The notes: generated by a model not told the origin, from the sequence alone. Numbered from the stretch's first letter, positions 1 to 8,706 are shown. The stretch: 58,795 nucleotides of DNA from an uncultured Bacilli bacterium (GCA_947628145.1 CANQYU010000002.1:1-58795); one strand, 5' to 3'. A program made the numbers and translations.

Positions 1-72
<72 letters not shown>

Positions 73-94
73 ATGTATTAATTAACAAAATAAG

Positions 95-187
95 TGGCGG
101 AGGAAAAGGGATTCGAACCCCTGCGCCGATTGCTCGACCTCCCGGTTTTCAAGACCGGTCCCTTCAACCAGACTTGGGTATTCCTCC
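95..187 (-). tRNA. tRNA-Ser (anticodon UGA), class II with long variable arm, CCA encoded
   Basis: Reverse complement reads GGAGGAATACCCAAGTCTGGTTGAAGGGACCGGTCTTGAAAACCGG...GGGGTTCGAATCCCTTTTCCTCCGCCA. The acceptor stem is GGAGGAA/TTCCTCC and the anticodon loop is CTTGAAA. Confidence 0.9.
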
Positions 188-351
188 AGTCATTTTTTGT
201 CAACAAACAAATTATATCATAATCTTTTTTAGTGTGTCAATAAAATTTATGATTTAATGTTAAAAAATAACCTTTTTTGGCTCCTTTTATATTATATTCC
301 CCTTTTTAGTTAATATTCCCAAAACAGATATAAATTAATTTTTTTAAATAT

Positions 352-384
352 AGCAAGAAAAAAGTAGCTATTTAAAACTACTTT
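352..384 (-). terminator. Putative rho-independent terminator downstream of htpG
   Basis: The minus strand reads AAGTAG-N10-CTACTT followed by TTTTTTCTT, immediately after the htpG stop. Confidence 0.45.
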
Positions 385-386
385 CA

Positions 387-2228
387 TTATTTTACTAGGA
401 TATCACAAATTAAATTAGTTATTTCCGTTGGATTATCAATAGGTAAGCCTTCAATTAAGCGAGCTTCAGCATAAAGTATTTTACTATATTTTTTTAATTC
501 TTCTTGGTCATTTTGATATAAGTCTTGAAGCTTTTTAGCTAAAGGATGATGAGAATTAATTTCTAAGATTTTTTCGGCATTAACTGTTTCATTAGTAGGC
601 ATGGCATTCATAACTTTTTCCATTTCAACAGATATTTCGCCCGCGGTAGATAAACAAACGGGATGATTTTTAAGTTTACTAGTAAATTTAACTTCTTTTA
701 CGTCAATTTCATTTTTCATTAAAGATAACATATCCTTAGAATTTTCATTTAAAGTTTTAAGTTCTTCTTGCTCTTCGGTTTGAGTTAAATCAACGTTATC
801 TGAACAAACATTTTTAAATTCTTTTTCGGCATATTTATTCATAACTTTAAAGACAAATTCATCTAAATAGCTAGGACATAATAGAACATCTTGATTATTA
901 GCAGCCATCGCCTCAACTTGAGGTAAAGTTTTTATTTGCTCAATTGAAGAACCACAAGCATAATAAATATCTTTAGTGTCTTTATTACTGTCAAGATACT
1001 CTTTTAAAGTAACTAATTTTTCTGATTTAGAAGAGTAAAACATTAGTAAATCTTGAAGCTTTTCTTTATCCATGCCATAACTGTTATATATTCCAGCTTT
1101 TATTTGTAAACCAAAGGCATCCCAAAATTTTAAATAATCTTCTCTTCTTTCATTTTGCATGCTTATTAATTCATTTTTAATATGGGTTTCAATATTTTTG
1201 GCAATTGTTTTTAATACTCTATTTTGTTGAAGCATTTCTCTAGAAATATTAAGAGATAAATCAGAAGAATCAACAACACCCTTAACAAAACTAAAATAAT
1301 CAGGAAGTAAATCAGCGCATTTTTCCATGATTAAAACGCCATTAGAATATAATTGTAAACCTTTTTCATATTCCTTAGAATAATAATCATAACTAGCATG
1401 AGATGGAATATAAATTAAAGAATTATATTCAAGAGTACCCTCAGCTTTAGTATGAATATGGCTTAAAGGTTTTTCATAATCAAAGAATTTATCAGAATAA
1501 AAAGTATTATATTCTTCTTCGGTTATATTTTTTTTATTACGTTTCCATAAAGGAACTAAACTATTGATAGTTTCTAATTTAGTTTCTTGGTTTTCATTTT
1601 CGGAAGATATAGTCTCTTCCATTTTGATTGGATAAGTTATGTAATCAGAATATTTTTTAATAAGTCTTTTAAGTTCGTAACTTTCTAAATAATGATTACA
1701 TTCTTCGTCATCTTTAATTGTTAAAATGATATCTGTTCCATAGCTTTCTTTATTACTTTTTTTGATAGTATAACCTTCAATTCCAGAAGAAACCCAAGAA
1801 TAAGCTTCCTCGGAACCATAAGCTTTAGATATTACCTCAACTTGGGATGCGACCATAAAGGCCGAATAAAATCCTACTCCAAATTGGCCAATAATGTCAA
1901 TATTTTGTTTCTTTTTATTTTGTTCTTTGAAATCAAATGAACCACTTTTGGCAATAGTTCCTAAATTAGTTTCTAATTCTTCTTTAGTCATACCAATACC
2001 ATTATCAGATATTGTTAAAGTTCGAGCATCTTTGTCAGCTTTAATAATTATTGCAAAAGCTTTCTTGTCAACTTTAATATTTTGATTAGTTAATGATTGA
2101 TAATGCAGTTTATCAATAGCATCCGAAGCATTAGAAATAAGTTCTCGTAAAAATATTTCTTTATTGGTATAAATTGAATTAATCATTAATTCCATTAATC
2201 TTTTAGATTCAGCTTTAAATTCTTTCAT
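387..2228 (-). CDS. htpG: Molecular chaperone HtpG (Hsp90 family)
   Basis: 613-aa ORF. The N-terminus ...MELMINSIYTNKEIFLRELISNASDAIDKL... and GIGMT, GQFGVGFYS match the GHKL ATPase motifs of HtpG. An RBS AGGAGAGAC lies upstream. Confidence 0.95.
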   Translation of the reverse strand: MKEFKAESKRLMELMINSIYTNKEIFLRELISNASDAIDKLHYQSLTNQNIKVDKKAFAIIIKADKDARTLTISDNGIGMTKEELETNLGTIAKSGSFDFKEQNKKKQNIDIIGQFGVGFYSAFMVASQVEVISKAYGSEEAYSWVSSGIEGYTIKKSNKESYGTDIILTIKDDEECNHYLESYELKRLIKKYSDYITYPIKMEETISSENENQETKLETINSLVPLWKRNKKNITEEEYNTFYSDKFFDYEKPLSHIHTKAEGTLEYNSLIYIPSHASYDYYSKEYEKGLQLYSNGVLIMEKCADLLPDYFSFVKGVVDSSDLSLNISREMLQQNRVLKTIAKNIETHIKNELISMQNERREDYLKFWDAFGLQIKAGIYNSYGMDKEKLQDLLMFYSSKSEKLVTLKEYLDSNKDTKDIYYACGSSIEQIKTLPQVEAMAANNQDVLLCPSYLDEFVFKVMNKYAEKEFKNVCSDNVDLTQTEEQEELKTLNENSKDMLSLMKNEIDVKEVKFTSKLKNHPVCLSTAGEISVEMEKVMNAMPTNETVNAEKILEINSHHPLAKKLQDLYQNDQEELKKYSKILYAEARLIEGLPIDNPTEITNLICDILVK

Positions 2229-2241
2229 ATTGTCTCTCCTT

Positions 2242-2268
2242 TTAGCACTCTAAACTATTAATTGCTAA
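2242..2268 (-). promoter_or_regulatory. Degenerate CIRCE-like inverted repeat (HrcA operator candidate) between htpG promoter and RBS
   Basis: TTAGCACTC-N9-AATTGCTAA compared with the consensus TTAGCACTC-N9-GAGTGCTAA. One half is perfect and the other matches 6/9. Confidence 0.5.
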
Positions 2269-2272
2269 TTTG

Positions 2273-2301
2273 ATTATATGCTTTTTTTAAATAATTGTCA
2301 A
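2273..2301 (-). promoter_or_regulatory. Sigma-A-type promoter of htpG
   Basis: The minus strand reads TTGACA-17 nt-TATAAT, both hexamers at consensus, about 45 nt upstream of the htpG ATG. Confidence 0.7.
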
Positions 2302-2386
2302 TATAAATTTAAAGCAATATTAAACTCTTAAAAGAAATAAATAATGGTATGAAAAAACTCTCTAAATTAGAGAGTTTGATTTCTAA

Positions 2387-2749
2387 TGGTGCCCAAGGCC
2401 GGACTTGAACCGGCACGAGCTTTAACACCCGCAGGATTTTCTTACTACTATAACTTTCGTTACCAAACAATTATGTTTGTAGTCTGGACTTTCTCTTTAC
2501 CATATCTTACGACTTAGGTATTGCCCATTAAGTCTCTACACCTTATTTACGATTTTTAATTTTGAATATTTTAGTTTCAAAACTACTCCGTAAATCTTGG
2601 CTCGGGATTGCCATCAGCGTTATCTGTAAGGTTTCCCCGAATTTGAGCAAATTCACATAATTTATTTCTAAATTAGTGCTCAAGGCCTTCCTCTAAAATT
2701 AAGTAAGAGGCCATAAGTCCTGTGCGTCTACCTATTCCGCCACTTGGGC
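2387..2749 (-). tRNA. trnL: tRNA-Leu (anticodon UAA) interrupted by a group I intron; exons 2715-2749 and 2387-2440
   Basis: The 5' exon is GCCCAAGTGGCGGAATAGGTAGACGCACAGGACTT. The 3' exon is AAAATCCTGCGGGTGTTAAAGCTCGTGCCGGTTCAAGTCCGGCCTTGGGCACCA. Joined, they give an 89-nt class II tRNA with a 7-bp acceptor stem, a CAGGA/TCCTG anticodon stem and loop CTTAAAA. Confidence 0.9.
2441..2714 (-). ncRNA. Group I intron (trnL-UAA type) inserted between U34 and A35
   Basis: The 274-nt insert follows a U and ends in G. The internal guide AGGCCTTGAG pairs with CTT|ATGGCCT and places a G.U pair at the splice site. Core blocks are CTCAAATTCGGGGAAACC, GGCAATCCCGAGCCAAG, GGTGTAGAGACTTAATGGG and AAGAGAAAGTCC, as in cyanobacterial/plastid trnL introns. 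Confidence 0.85.
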
Positions 2750-2780
2750 AGGCACTTGTCTTAATTAATAAGACTATTTA

Positions 2781-2809
2781 AGTATAATATGTTTTTAAAA
2801 GTTTTGCAA
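2781..2809 (-). promoter_or_regulatory. Putative promoter of the intron-containing tRNA-Leu gene
   Basis: The minus strand reads TTGCAA-17 nt-TATACT, about 30 nt upstream of tRNA position 1. Confidence 0.5.
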
Positions 2810-2844
2810 GCTTTTTTGTATATTTTTTAATAAAAAAGCGGAAC

Positions 2845-4692
2845 TTATTCAGATATATTAGTTATTTTACTTAAATTATAAGTGACAGATAGAATATTTT
2901 CATTTAAAATAAAGTCTTCATCAGCAATTGTGATTTCAGTTTGGAAATAATTATTTAAAGCAGCAATGATTTCTTGCATTTCATTTTTTATTTCAAGCAT
3001 AGCCATTTCATCACTTGGATTTTCTAATTCTTTAGTTAGATTAATTGTTAAATGAGCTTCAATATTAGTAAAACTAATAGTAATATTATTAGAAATTGGA
3101 GTTGCTAGTAAGTTGGTTAAAATATTTAACTTTAAGTTACTTTCCCCTTCTAAATTACTTAGATTTAATATTAAATAATAATTTTTTTCAGGTTCATATA
3201 GAATATAATAATCATTAAAAGTTAGGGGTTCTTCTTTAGAAATATTTGCAATATAAGGTTTAAATAAAGTATCCTCACTTAGTGTTTTAGCATAATTTTC
3301 AGATAAAATATCTTGATAATTTGTAATTAGGTAATTATATATTTTTTCAGAATAATTTATAGTTGGCTCTTCTATTGGAGGCTCGCTTGGGTTAGTTGGC
3401 TTTTCATCGCCTGATTCTTCAGGAGTAGGAGTTTTTTCCTCTTCTTTTGGTTCGGTTAAAGATGGACTTTCTAGGGACGGGCCACTTATTATTGGAGGTT
3501 CATTTTGAGAATTTTTATAGGTTAAGGCATTATTTTTTATAGTTTCAATGTCTACTAAAAATTGATAATAAGGAGCGATTGAATCCCTAGTTTTTACAAA
3601 TCCGTCTAATTCATTATTATTTAATACAAAATAAGAAATACCTTGATTTTCAGATTTGGCATTAATATAATCCAACACATCTTGTTTATCTTGACCTTCT
3701 AGGCCATAATATTCCGTTAAATAATAATCAAAGGCGTCATTAATATCTTTTGATTTTTCAGATGAAAAATATACAAACATATTATTATTAAGATAATTAG
3801 TTCTGGCATAGCCAACAAAATTATCGGTAACTTTGATTATATAATAATCAAGATTAGAAGCATCAATATCTAAACCTTTTAATTTTTCAATATTAATCGT
3901 AGATTCATTAATATAATTGCTTAAATATTTATTTATTTCATTATAATATTCTGTATATGGATAATAGTGAGCATCAAACCAATTTAGAATTTCTTCATAT
4001 AAGTTGCGTAATTCTCCTTCTTTTATTTTATTTATTTCAAAGGTTAAGTCTTCATCTCTCATTGGATGTTCAGCTATATATTTACTAAGAATTTCTTCAT
4101 AGCCACCTTTTAAATAAGTAAAGGAACCTTCCCCGACTATTTCTTCTTTTATTTCAATATTTGGCAAATTAATATATTTTTCATTTCCTTTTATAATGGT
4201 AATATCGTTAACTTTACATTTAATGAAAGCTTCAATACGAGTTGTACTCTCTTCATTATAAGATGGGGAGCTAGGGGTATCATATGTAATAGTATTCCCG
4301 GCAATTTTCCCTATATTAACTGGTGTACCTGTTGAATAATCTTTTGATGTAATGCTAGTTATTTCACAAATATTTTTAACACTTTCTGCTAATTTGATTG
4401 TATAAATTTCTTTTGTGTTATCAAAAATTACATTATTACGTTTAAAACTAAGATTGGCTATAAAGTCTTCATAATTACTTTCACTTCCTAAACTAAATTG
4501 TTCAGGGGTAAAAGCTGTATTTTCATGAAGATTAATAAGATTATTTTCAAAAGCTAAAACATAATCTTGGGGTTCTTTAATATATCTAGCAGAAGATTTT
4601 GGAAAAGCATTAAAACATGTTATACCTAAAATTATTAAGGTATAAAGCATAATTTTTAATACTTTAGAATTAGTAAATGATTTTTTTAACAT
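2845..4692 (-). CDS. Secreted protein of unknown function with a SipW-substrate-like N-terminus and a Pro/Glu-rich linker; last gene of the SipW/TasA-like operon
   Basis: 615-aa ORF with RBS GAGGTGG. A hydrophobic N-terminus is followed by SSARYIKEPQDYVLAFEN, which resembles the N-terminal motif of the neighbouring TasA-like proteins. It carries the linker EPPIISGPSLESPSLTEPKEEEKTPTPEESGDEKPTNPSEPPIEEP. Confidence 0.75.
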   Translation of the reverse strand: MLKKSFTNSKVLKIMLYTLIILGITCFNAFPKSSARYIKEPQDYVLAFENNLINLHENTAFTPEQFSLGSESNYEDFIANLSFKRNNVIFDNTKEIYTIKLAESVKNICEITSITSKDYSTGTPVNIGKIAGNTITYDTPSSPSYNEESTTRIEAFIKCKVNDITIIKGNEKYINLPNIEIKEEIVGEGSFTYLKGGYEEILSKYIAEHPMRDEDLTFEINKIKEGELRNLYEEILNWFDAHYYPYTEYYNEINKYLSNYINESTINIEKLKGLDIDASNLDYYIIKVTDNFVGYARTNYLNNNMFVYFSSEKSKDINDAFDYYLTEYYGLEGQDKQDVLDYINAKSENQGISYFVLNNNELDGFVKTRDSIAPYYQFLVDIETIKNNALTYKNSQNEPPIISGPSLESPSLTEPKEEEKTPTPEESGDEKPTNPSEPPIEEPTINYSEKIYNYLITNYQDILSENYAKTLSEDTLFKPYIANISKEEPLTFNDYYILYEPEKNYYLILNLSNLEGESNLKLNILTNLLATPISNNITISFTNIEAHLTINLTKELENPSDEMAMLEIKNEMQEIIAALNNYFQTEITIADEDFILNENILSVTYNLSKITNISE

Positions 4693-4703
4693 ATGACCAC
4701 CTC

Positions 4704-5252
4704 TTATTGTACTTGTTTAGCAGAATAATTTACTTTAACTATATTATATGGTTCATTAGTAATATTTTTATCTGCATCATATTTATATTTAACTCTAATT
4801 TTATATTTACTAGTCTTTCTTGAACCTATGGTTACGGGCATTTTAAAGCTTCCACAATAATAACTATCATTACTTTTTTCAGTATTTTTAGTTACAGTAA
4901 TTTTTTCGTTATTTTCATCAAATATTTCAAAATCAAATTTATTATTAATTAAAACCGTTAAAAATACATCGGTTTTAACATCAAACATATAATCAACAGT
5001 AAAATAATATTCAATATAACTAGTTGGTCTATAATATCCGGTGTTACAATTATTACTTGAAATACATTGATTATCTAAATAATTAATATTTATATCAAAA
5101 GCAGCGACTTTGGCTTCACTACTACCCATCATGGTAGTCATATATTTAGAATAAGTTATAATAGTGGTAAAAAGAGCTATTACTCCTATATACATAACTA
5201 ACCATTTTTTTAAATTTTTCTTAAAAACTTTATTTTGTAATAACTCTTTCAT
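4704..5252 (-). CDS. Small TasA/BsaA-like secreted protein (minor subunit candidate)
   Basis: 182-aa ORF with RBS AGGTGA. A TM/signal segment is followed by ITYSKYMTTMMGSSEAKVAAFDI. The C-terminal ...YNIVKVNYSAKQVQ parallels ...YILNVTVTATQ of the 8889-9575 protein. Confidence 0.75.
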   Translation of the reverse strand: MKELLQNKVFKKNLKKWLVMYIGVIALFTTIITYSKYMTTMMGSSEAKVAAFDININYLDNQCISSNNCNTGYYRPTSYIEYYFTVDYMFDVKTDVFLTVLINNKFDFEIFDENNEKITVTKNTEKSNDSYYCGSFKMPVTIGSRKTSKYKIRVKYKYDADKNITNEPYNIVKVNYSAKQVQ

Positions 5253-5260
5253 ATTCTCAC

Positions 5261-5950
5261 CTACTTCTTTTTATTTTTCTTCTTTCTTTTTTTATTTTTC
5301 TTGGGTTTAGTTTTTTTAACTCTTTTGGTTTTCTTTTTCTTCTTTTTTTGCTTTTTTTCTTTTTTAAATTTATTTTTTATTTTTAATATTAATTCTTTTA
5401 CTTTAGAAAGTTTTGGTTCTTCTTTGGAGGCAATGAATTCTTCTTTTTCTTCTAAAGGCTCTCCAAATCGATTAGTACTAATTAAATAACATATGAGAAT
5501 ACCAATAATTAAAATCATAATACTAACCAGAGGATTACGTAAAGAAGCAAGAATTATACCAACACCACTTAATTTAAAGAGATACTTACCAACAATATTT
5601 TCTTTAGGTAAAGGTTCATCTTCAGTATTATTAGCATCACCTTTAGTAATTATATTTTCTTGATTTAAAGATACTAAACGATGAGTTACAAAGGAGCCAT
5701 TAATATCATAAAAAGTAATTATATCATTTACTTTATAATTTTTTTCTTTAGTATTAATGATTATTAAATCGCCTTCTTTTAAAGTTGGTCGCATAGAACC
5801 AGTGGCAACTTCTAAAATAGCATATCCATTTATGGTTGGTAGAGCTTTTTTAAATATTTTTAAACTGATAAAATTATATAAATTAAATAATAATATTAAA
5901 CTTAAAATAATTGTTATAATAGTTGTTAATAGTTTCTTAAGCTTTTTCAT
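5261..5950 (-). CDS. sipW: Signal peptidase I, archaeal/ER (SipW) type, paralog 2, with a poly-lysine C-terminal tail
   Basis: 229 aa with an N-terminal TM, the ATGSMRPTL Ser box, THRLV His box, KGDANN box and a second TM. The tail is KKEKKQKKKKKKTKRVKKTKPKKNKKRKKKNKKK. The ATGA start overlaps the upstream stop. Confidence 0.85.
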   Translation of the reverse strand: MKKLKKLLTTIITIILSLILLFNLYNFISLKIFKKALPTINGYAILEVATGSMRPTLKEGDLIIINTKEKNYKVNDIITFYDINGSFVTHRLVSLNQENIITKGDANNTEDEPLPKENIVGKYLFKLSGVGIILASLRNPLVSIMILIIGILICYLISTNRFGEPLEEKEEFIASKEEPKLSKVKELILKIKNKFKKEKKQKKKKKKTKRVKKTKPKKNKKRKKKNKKK

Positions 5951-8706
5951 GGTGTTTCCTCACAAGTGTTATCGATTGTTTCAAAATCTAATCTTACGGT
6001 TAATTCATAAATGGTATTACCTTGCTCAGCAGCCATAATGCCAATTTTAGTATCGGCTATGTCATCTTTTTCTATCCATTTCCAAAAAAGGATTATTTCT
6101 ATAGCTTCCCCATTACTAACGGAAATAAATGGGTCATTATCGGTTACTAATGGAACATCAGCGACATGGTTATCTTCATTTAAAATTTTATAATTATCTT
6201 GATTTGATTTATATTCGCCATAATAGTAGTAGGTTTTAGCTTCTATTTTAGGACTATACTTAAAGATATATCCCATATTTAAACATTTATTATTAACACA
6301 TACTTCATTTTCAGTTAAATTAATATTGGTTAAATTAATGGTTTTTCCACTATTATTATTGATAACCATGGTATATGAACCTTTAGCACCAGGATAAATA
6401 ACTTTATCTTGACCATATTTTTGTTCATATTCCTCATTATGGAATAAATCTACTTCAGTTAAATATAAAGATTTAGAATTAAAGTTTTTTTCGAACGTCT
6501 CTTTTTCATTATAGATAGCATATAAATATAAATTGCTATCTATTTCTATTTCTTCTAAACTATAAGTTTTTCCTTTTCCATCAGTTTCAGTATTATAACT
6601 TGCAATTTCATAATATTTACAATTATCGGTTGCTTTATAAGCAAGTTCATTAGCTAAATTTAAAGTACTTCCTTTAGCTAAAGTGTATTCTTTAATGGTA
6701 GTAAATTCATCATAAAAGCCTCCATTAGCATTTAAAGTAACAAGATATTTTTCATTAACATTAATTGTAATATCTAATTCTTTTACATAATTAGGAGCTA
6801 TACCTTCAATATGAATTTGATACTTGCCTTCTTGTTTAGCTCTAACTTTAAAACTTAAAGAAGTATTACCATTATCATTATTAAAAGTAATTTCTAAAGC
6901 TTCACGATTATAGGAAATATTTATACAAATATTAGGTTCTAATTCCGAACATATTTTTAAATTACCATCAATTTCTTCAACTTTGACTTTACCTAGGAAA
7001 AAGTTAGTATTTAAAACTATATTTTTTTCACCAGTTTCATTTAATAGAGATAAATCATATGTATCACTATAAGTTGTTAGATAATAATTATGACTTAAGA
7101 ACTGTAAGTTAGTAGAAGAACTCGTAGAAGCATCTTCATAATTTAAAGTTAAAGTAGTTTTTTTATCAGCAAAATTAGCTTGAGGGGTAACTTTTATTTC
7201 GCCTTTGGTTAATTCTATATTATTTTGATATAAACTTTCGATTTCCATCTTAATATCATTTAAATCATAATCTGTAATAGGTGTTCCCTCTTCGTCAATA
7301 CTATATTTTATAATAATTGAACCATCTTCTAAATAAATGATATATTCTTCTTTTTCAAAAATAATATTTCTAATTTTACGATGAACTGTTACGGTATAAG
7401 TAGTAGAACTAGTACCATTAGAAACTTCAATTTCAATTTGATTATCTCCTGGTTGTAATTGAAAGTCTTTTAAATTACTAGAGGTTTTACCATTATAGTG
7501 ATATTTTATTTCATTATTTCTATTTTCGGGTGTACCACTTAAAGTTAATTCATTTTGATTAAAAGGAACATCAACCGTATAATTAAAGCGATTTTTATTA
7601 AATTCTTCGTTAAATTTAAAATCCTCAGTTATTTCGAGATTTTCTAAATATGGTTTTTGAACTGAACCTGAAGAACCAGAAGATGGAGAATTTTTGCGTT
7701 CAATAGTTACTTCATATGTAGAACTTGTTCCATCCTCCGCGGTGACAGTTATTTCTAATTTATTGTTACCTACTTGTAATTCTAAATTTTTTAAATCCGA
7801 AACCTCTTTTCCATTAAATTTGTAGGTTAAAGTAGATTTAGAACTTGATGGGAAAGCTTCAAAACTAACTTTGTCTTGAGAATTAGAAACGCCTAAATAA
7901 TACTTATAAACATTACTTTTAAAATCTAAAGAACCAACCGAACTAGTTAAAGCTTTTAAATTATGATTACTTTCTAAATTATTTTTACTATCTGTAATAT
8001 ATACTTTATAAGTAGTGGTGTATTCTTTACCCTCATAAATTACTTTTAAAGTAATAGTTGTATTACCTTTTTTTAAACCAGTTATTTTTAAAATACCATT
8101 TTTAGCACTAGCACTCACAATATTTTTGTCATTTATAATTACTTTAACATCACCAATTAAATTTATTAAATTATAAGTAACATTTTTAATTTTATTTTCA
8201 TTTAAATATATAGTTCCTTTAGGACTTGATAATAAAATATAGCGATTACTTTCTTTAATATTTATTTCGGTTTTAGCTTGATATTTTTCACCATTAGCTT
8301 TAGTTTCTAAGATAATATTTACTTTACCTACTTGTTTAGGATTTACAACTACATATCCATCTTTTACATAACAAGTGGCAATATCAGCATTAGATGTAAT
8401 ACAAGTAAATTCTTTAGGATTAATATTTTTATAAGTATAAGTGATTTTTAAATTAGTATCGCTTAAATACATATTTACGTTTGACGTATCAAAACGTAAA
8501 TATGTATTTATATTAATTTTTTCTTCGTTAGTATCACTATTTATATCAAACTCGCCTTTATTTTCAAAAATATTACCTATTCTACCCCATAACTTAGAGG
8601 TACAACTGCAACTGGTAATTAGAGAAATAATTATAATGATAATAATAATTAATATCATTATTCGTCTTTTAGTTTTGTTACTATCTCTTTTATTATCATT
8701 ATCCAT
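5947..8706 (-). CDS. Large multidomain surface protein: N-terminal TM/possible lipobox, Ig-like repeats, two cadherin-like beta-sandwich repeats, a Listeria-Bacteroides-type repeat and a C-terminal TasA-like domain
   Basis: 919-aa ORF with RBS AAAGGAGAAA. Repeats ending ...LQVGNNKLEITVTAEDGTSSTYEVTIERK and ...LQPGDNQIEIEVSNGTSSTTYTVTVHRK are present, as is YLVTLNANGG...NLYLYAIY. The C-terminal VIYPGAKGSYTMVINN...ILFWKWIEKDDIADTKIGI...YELTVRLDF parallels the protein at 8889-9575. Confidence 0.85.
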   Translation of the reverse strand: MDNDNKRDSNKTKRRIMILIIIIIIIISLITSCSCTSKLWGRIGNIFENKGEFDINSDTNEEKININTYLRFDTSNVNMYLSDTNLKITYTYKNINPKEFTCITSNADIATCYVKDGYVVVNPKQVGKVNIILETKANGEKYQAKTEINIKESNRYILLSSPKGTIYLNENKIKNVTYNLINLIGDVKVIINDKNIVSASAKNGILKITGLKKGNTTITLKVIYEGKEYTTTYKVYITDSKNNLESNHNLKALTSSVGSLDFKSNVYKYYLGVSNSQDKVSFEAFPSSSKSTLTYKFNGKEVSDLKNLELQVGNNKLEITVTAEDGTSSTYEVTIERKNSPSSGSSGSVQKPYLENLEITEDFKFNEEFNKNRFNYTVDVPFNQNELTLSGTPENRNNEIKYHYNGKTSSNLKDFQLQPGDNQIEIEVSNGTSSTTYTVTVHRKIRNIIFEKEEYIIYLEDGSIIIKYSIDEEGTPITDYDLNDIKMEIESLYQNNIELTKGEIKVTPQANFADKKTTLTLNYEDASTSSSTNLQFLSHNYYLTTYSDTYDLSLLNETGEKNIVLNTNFFLGKVKVEEIDGNLKICSELEPNICINISYNREALEITFNNDNGNTSLSFKVRAKQEGKYQIHIEGIAPNYVKELDITINVNEKYLVTLNANGGFYDEFTTIKEYTLAKGSTLNLANELAYKATDNCKYYEIASYNTETDGKGKTYSLEEIEIDSNLYLYAIYNEKETFEKNFNSKSLYLTEVDLFHNEEYEQKYGQDKVIYPGAKGSYTMVINNNSGKTINLTNINLTENEVCVNNKCLNMGYIFKYSPKIEAKTYYYYGEYKSNQDNYKILNEDNHVADVPLVTDNDPFISVSNGEAIEIILFWKWIEKDDIADTKIGIMAAEQGNTIYELTVRLDFETIDNTCEETP

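Noticed and set aside
2387-2749. tmRNA or another large structured RNA, considered because of the tRNA-like 3' end with CCA
   Set aside because: The 5' end is a complete tRNA-Leu 5' half rather than a tmRNA acceptor strand. No tag-peptide reading frame ending in a hydrophobic tail was seen. The exons join into a perfect tRNA-Leu(UAA), and the insert has group I core motifs.
5261-5400. Frameshifted pseudogene explanation for the poly-lysine tail of SipW paralog 2
   Set aside because: The ORF is continuous from the catalytic boxes through a second TM helix into the tail. It ends at a stop 8 nt upstream of the next gene's start codon (5252), whose RBS follows the stop. No alternative frame gives a more conventional C-terminus.
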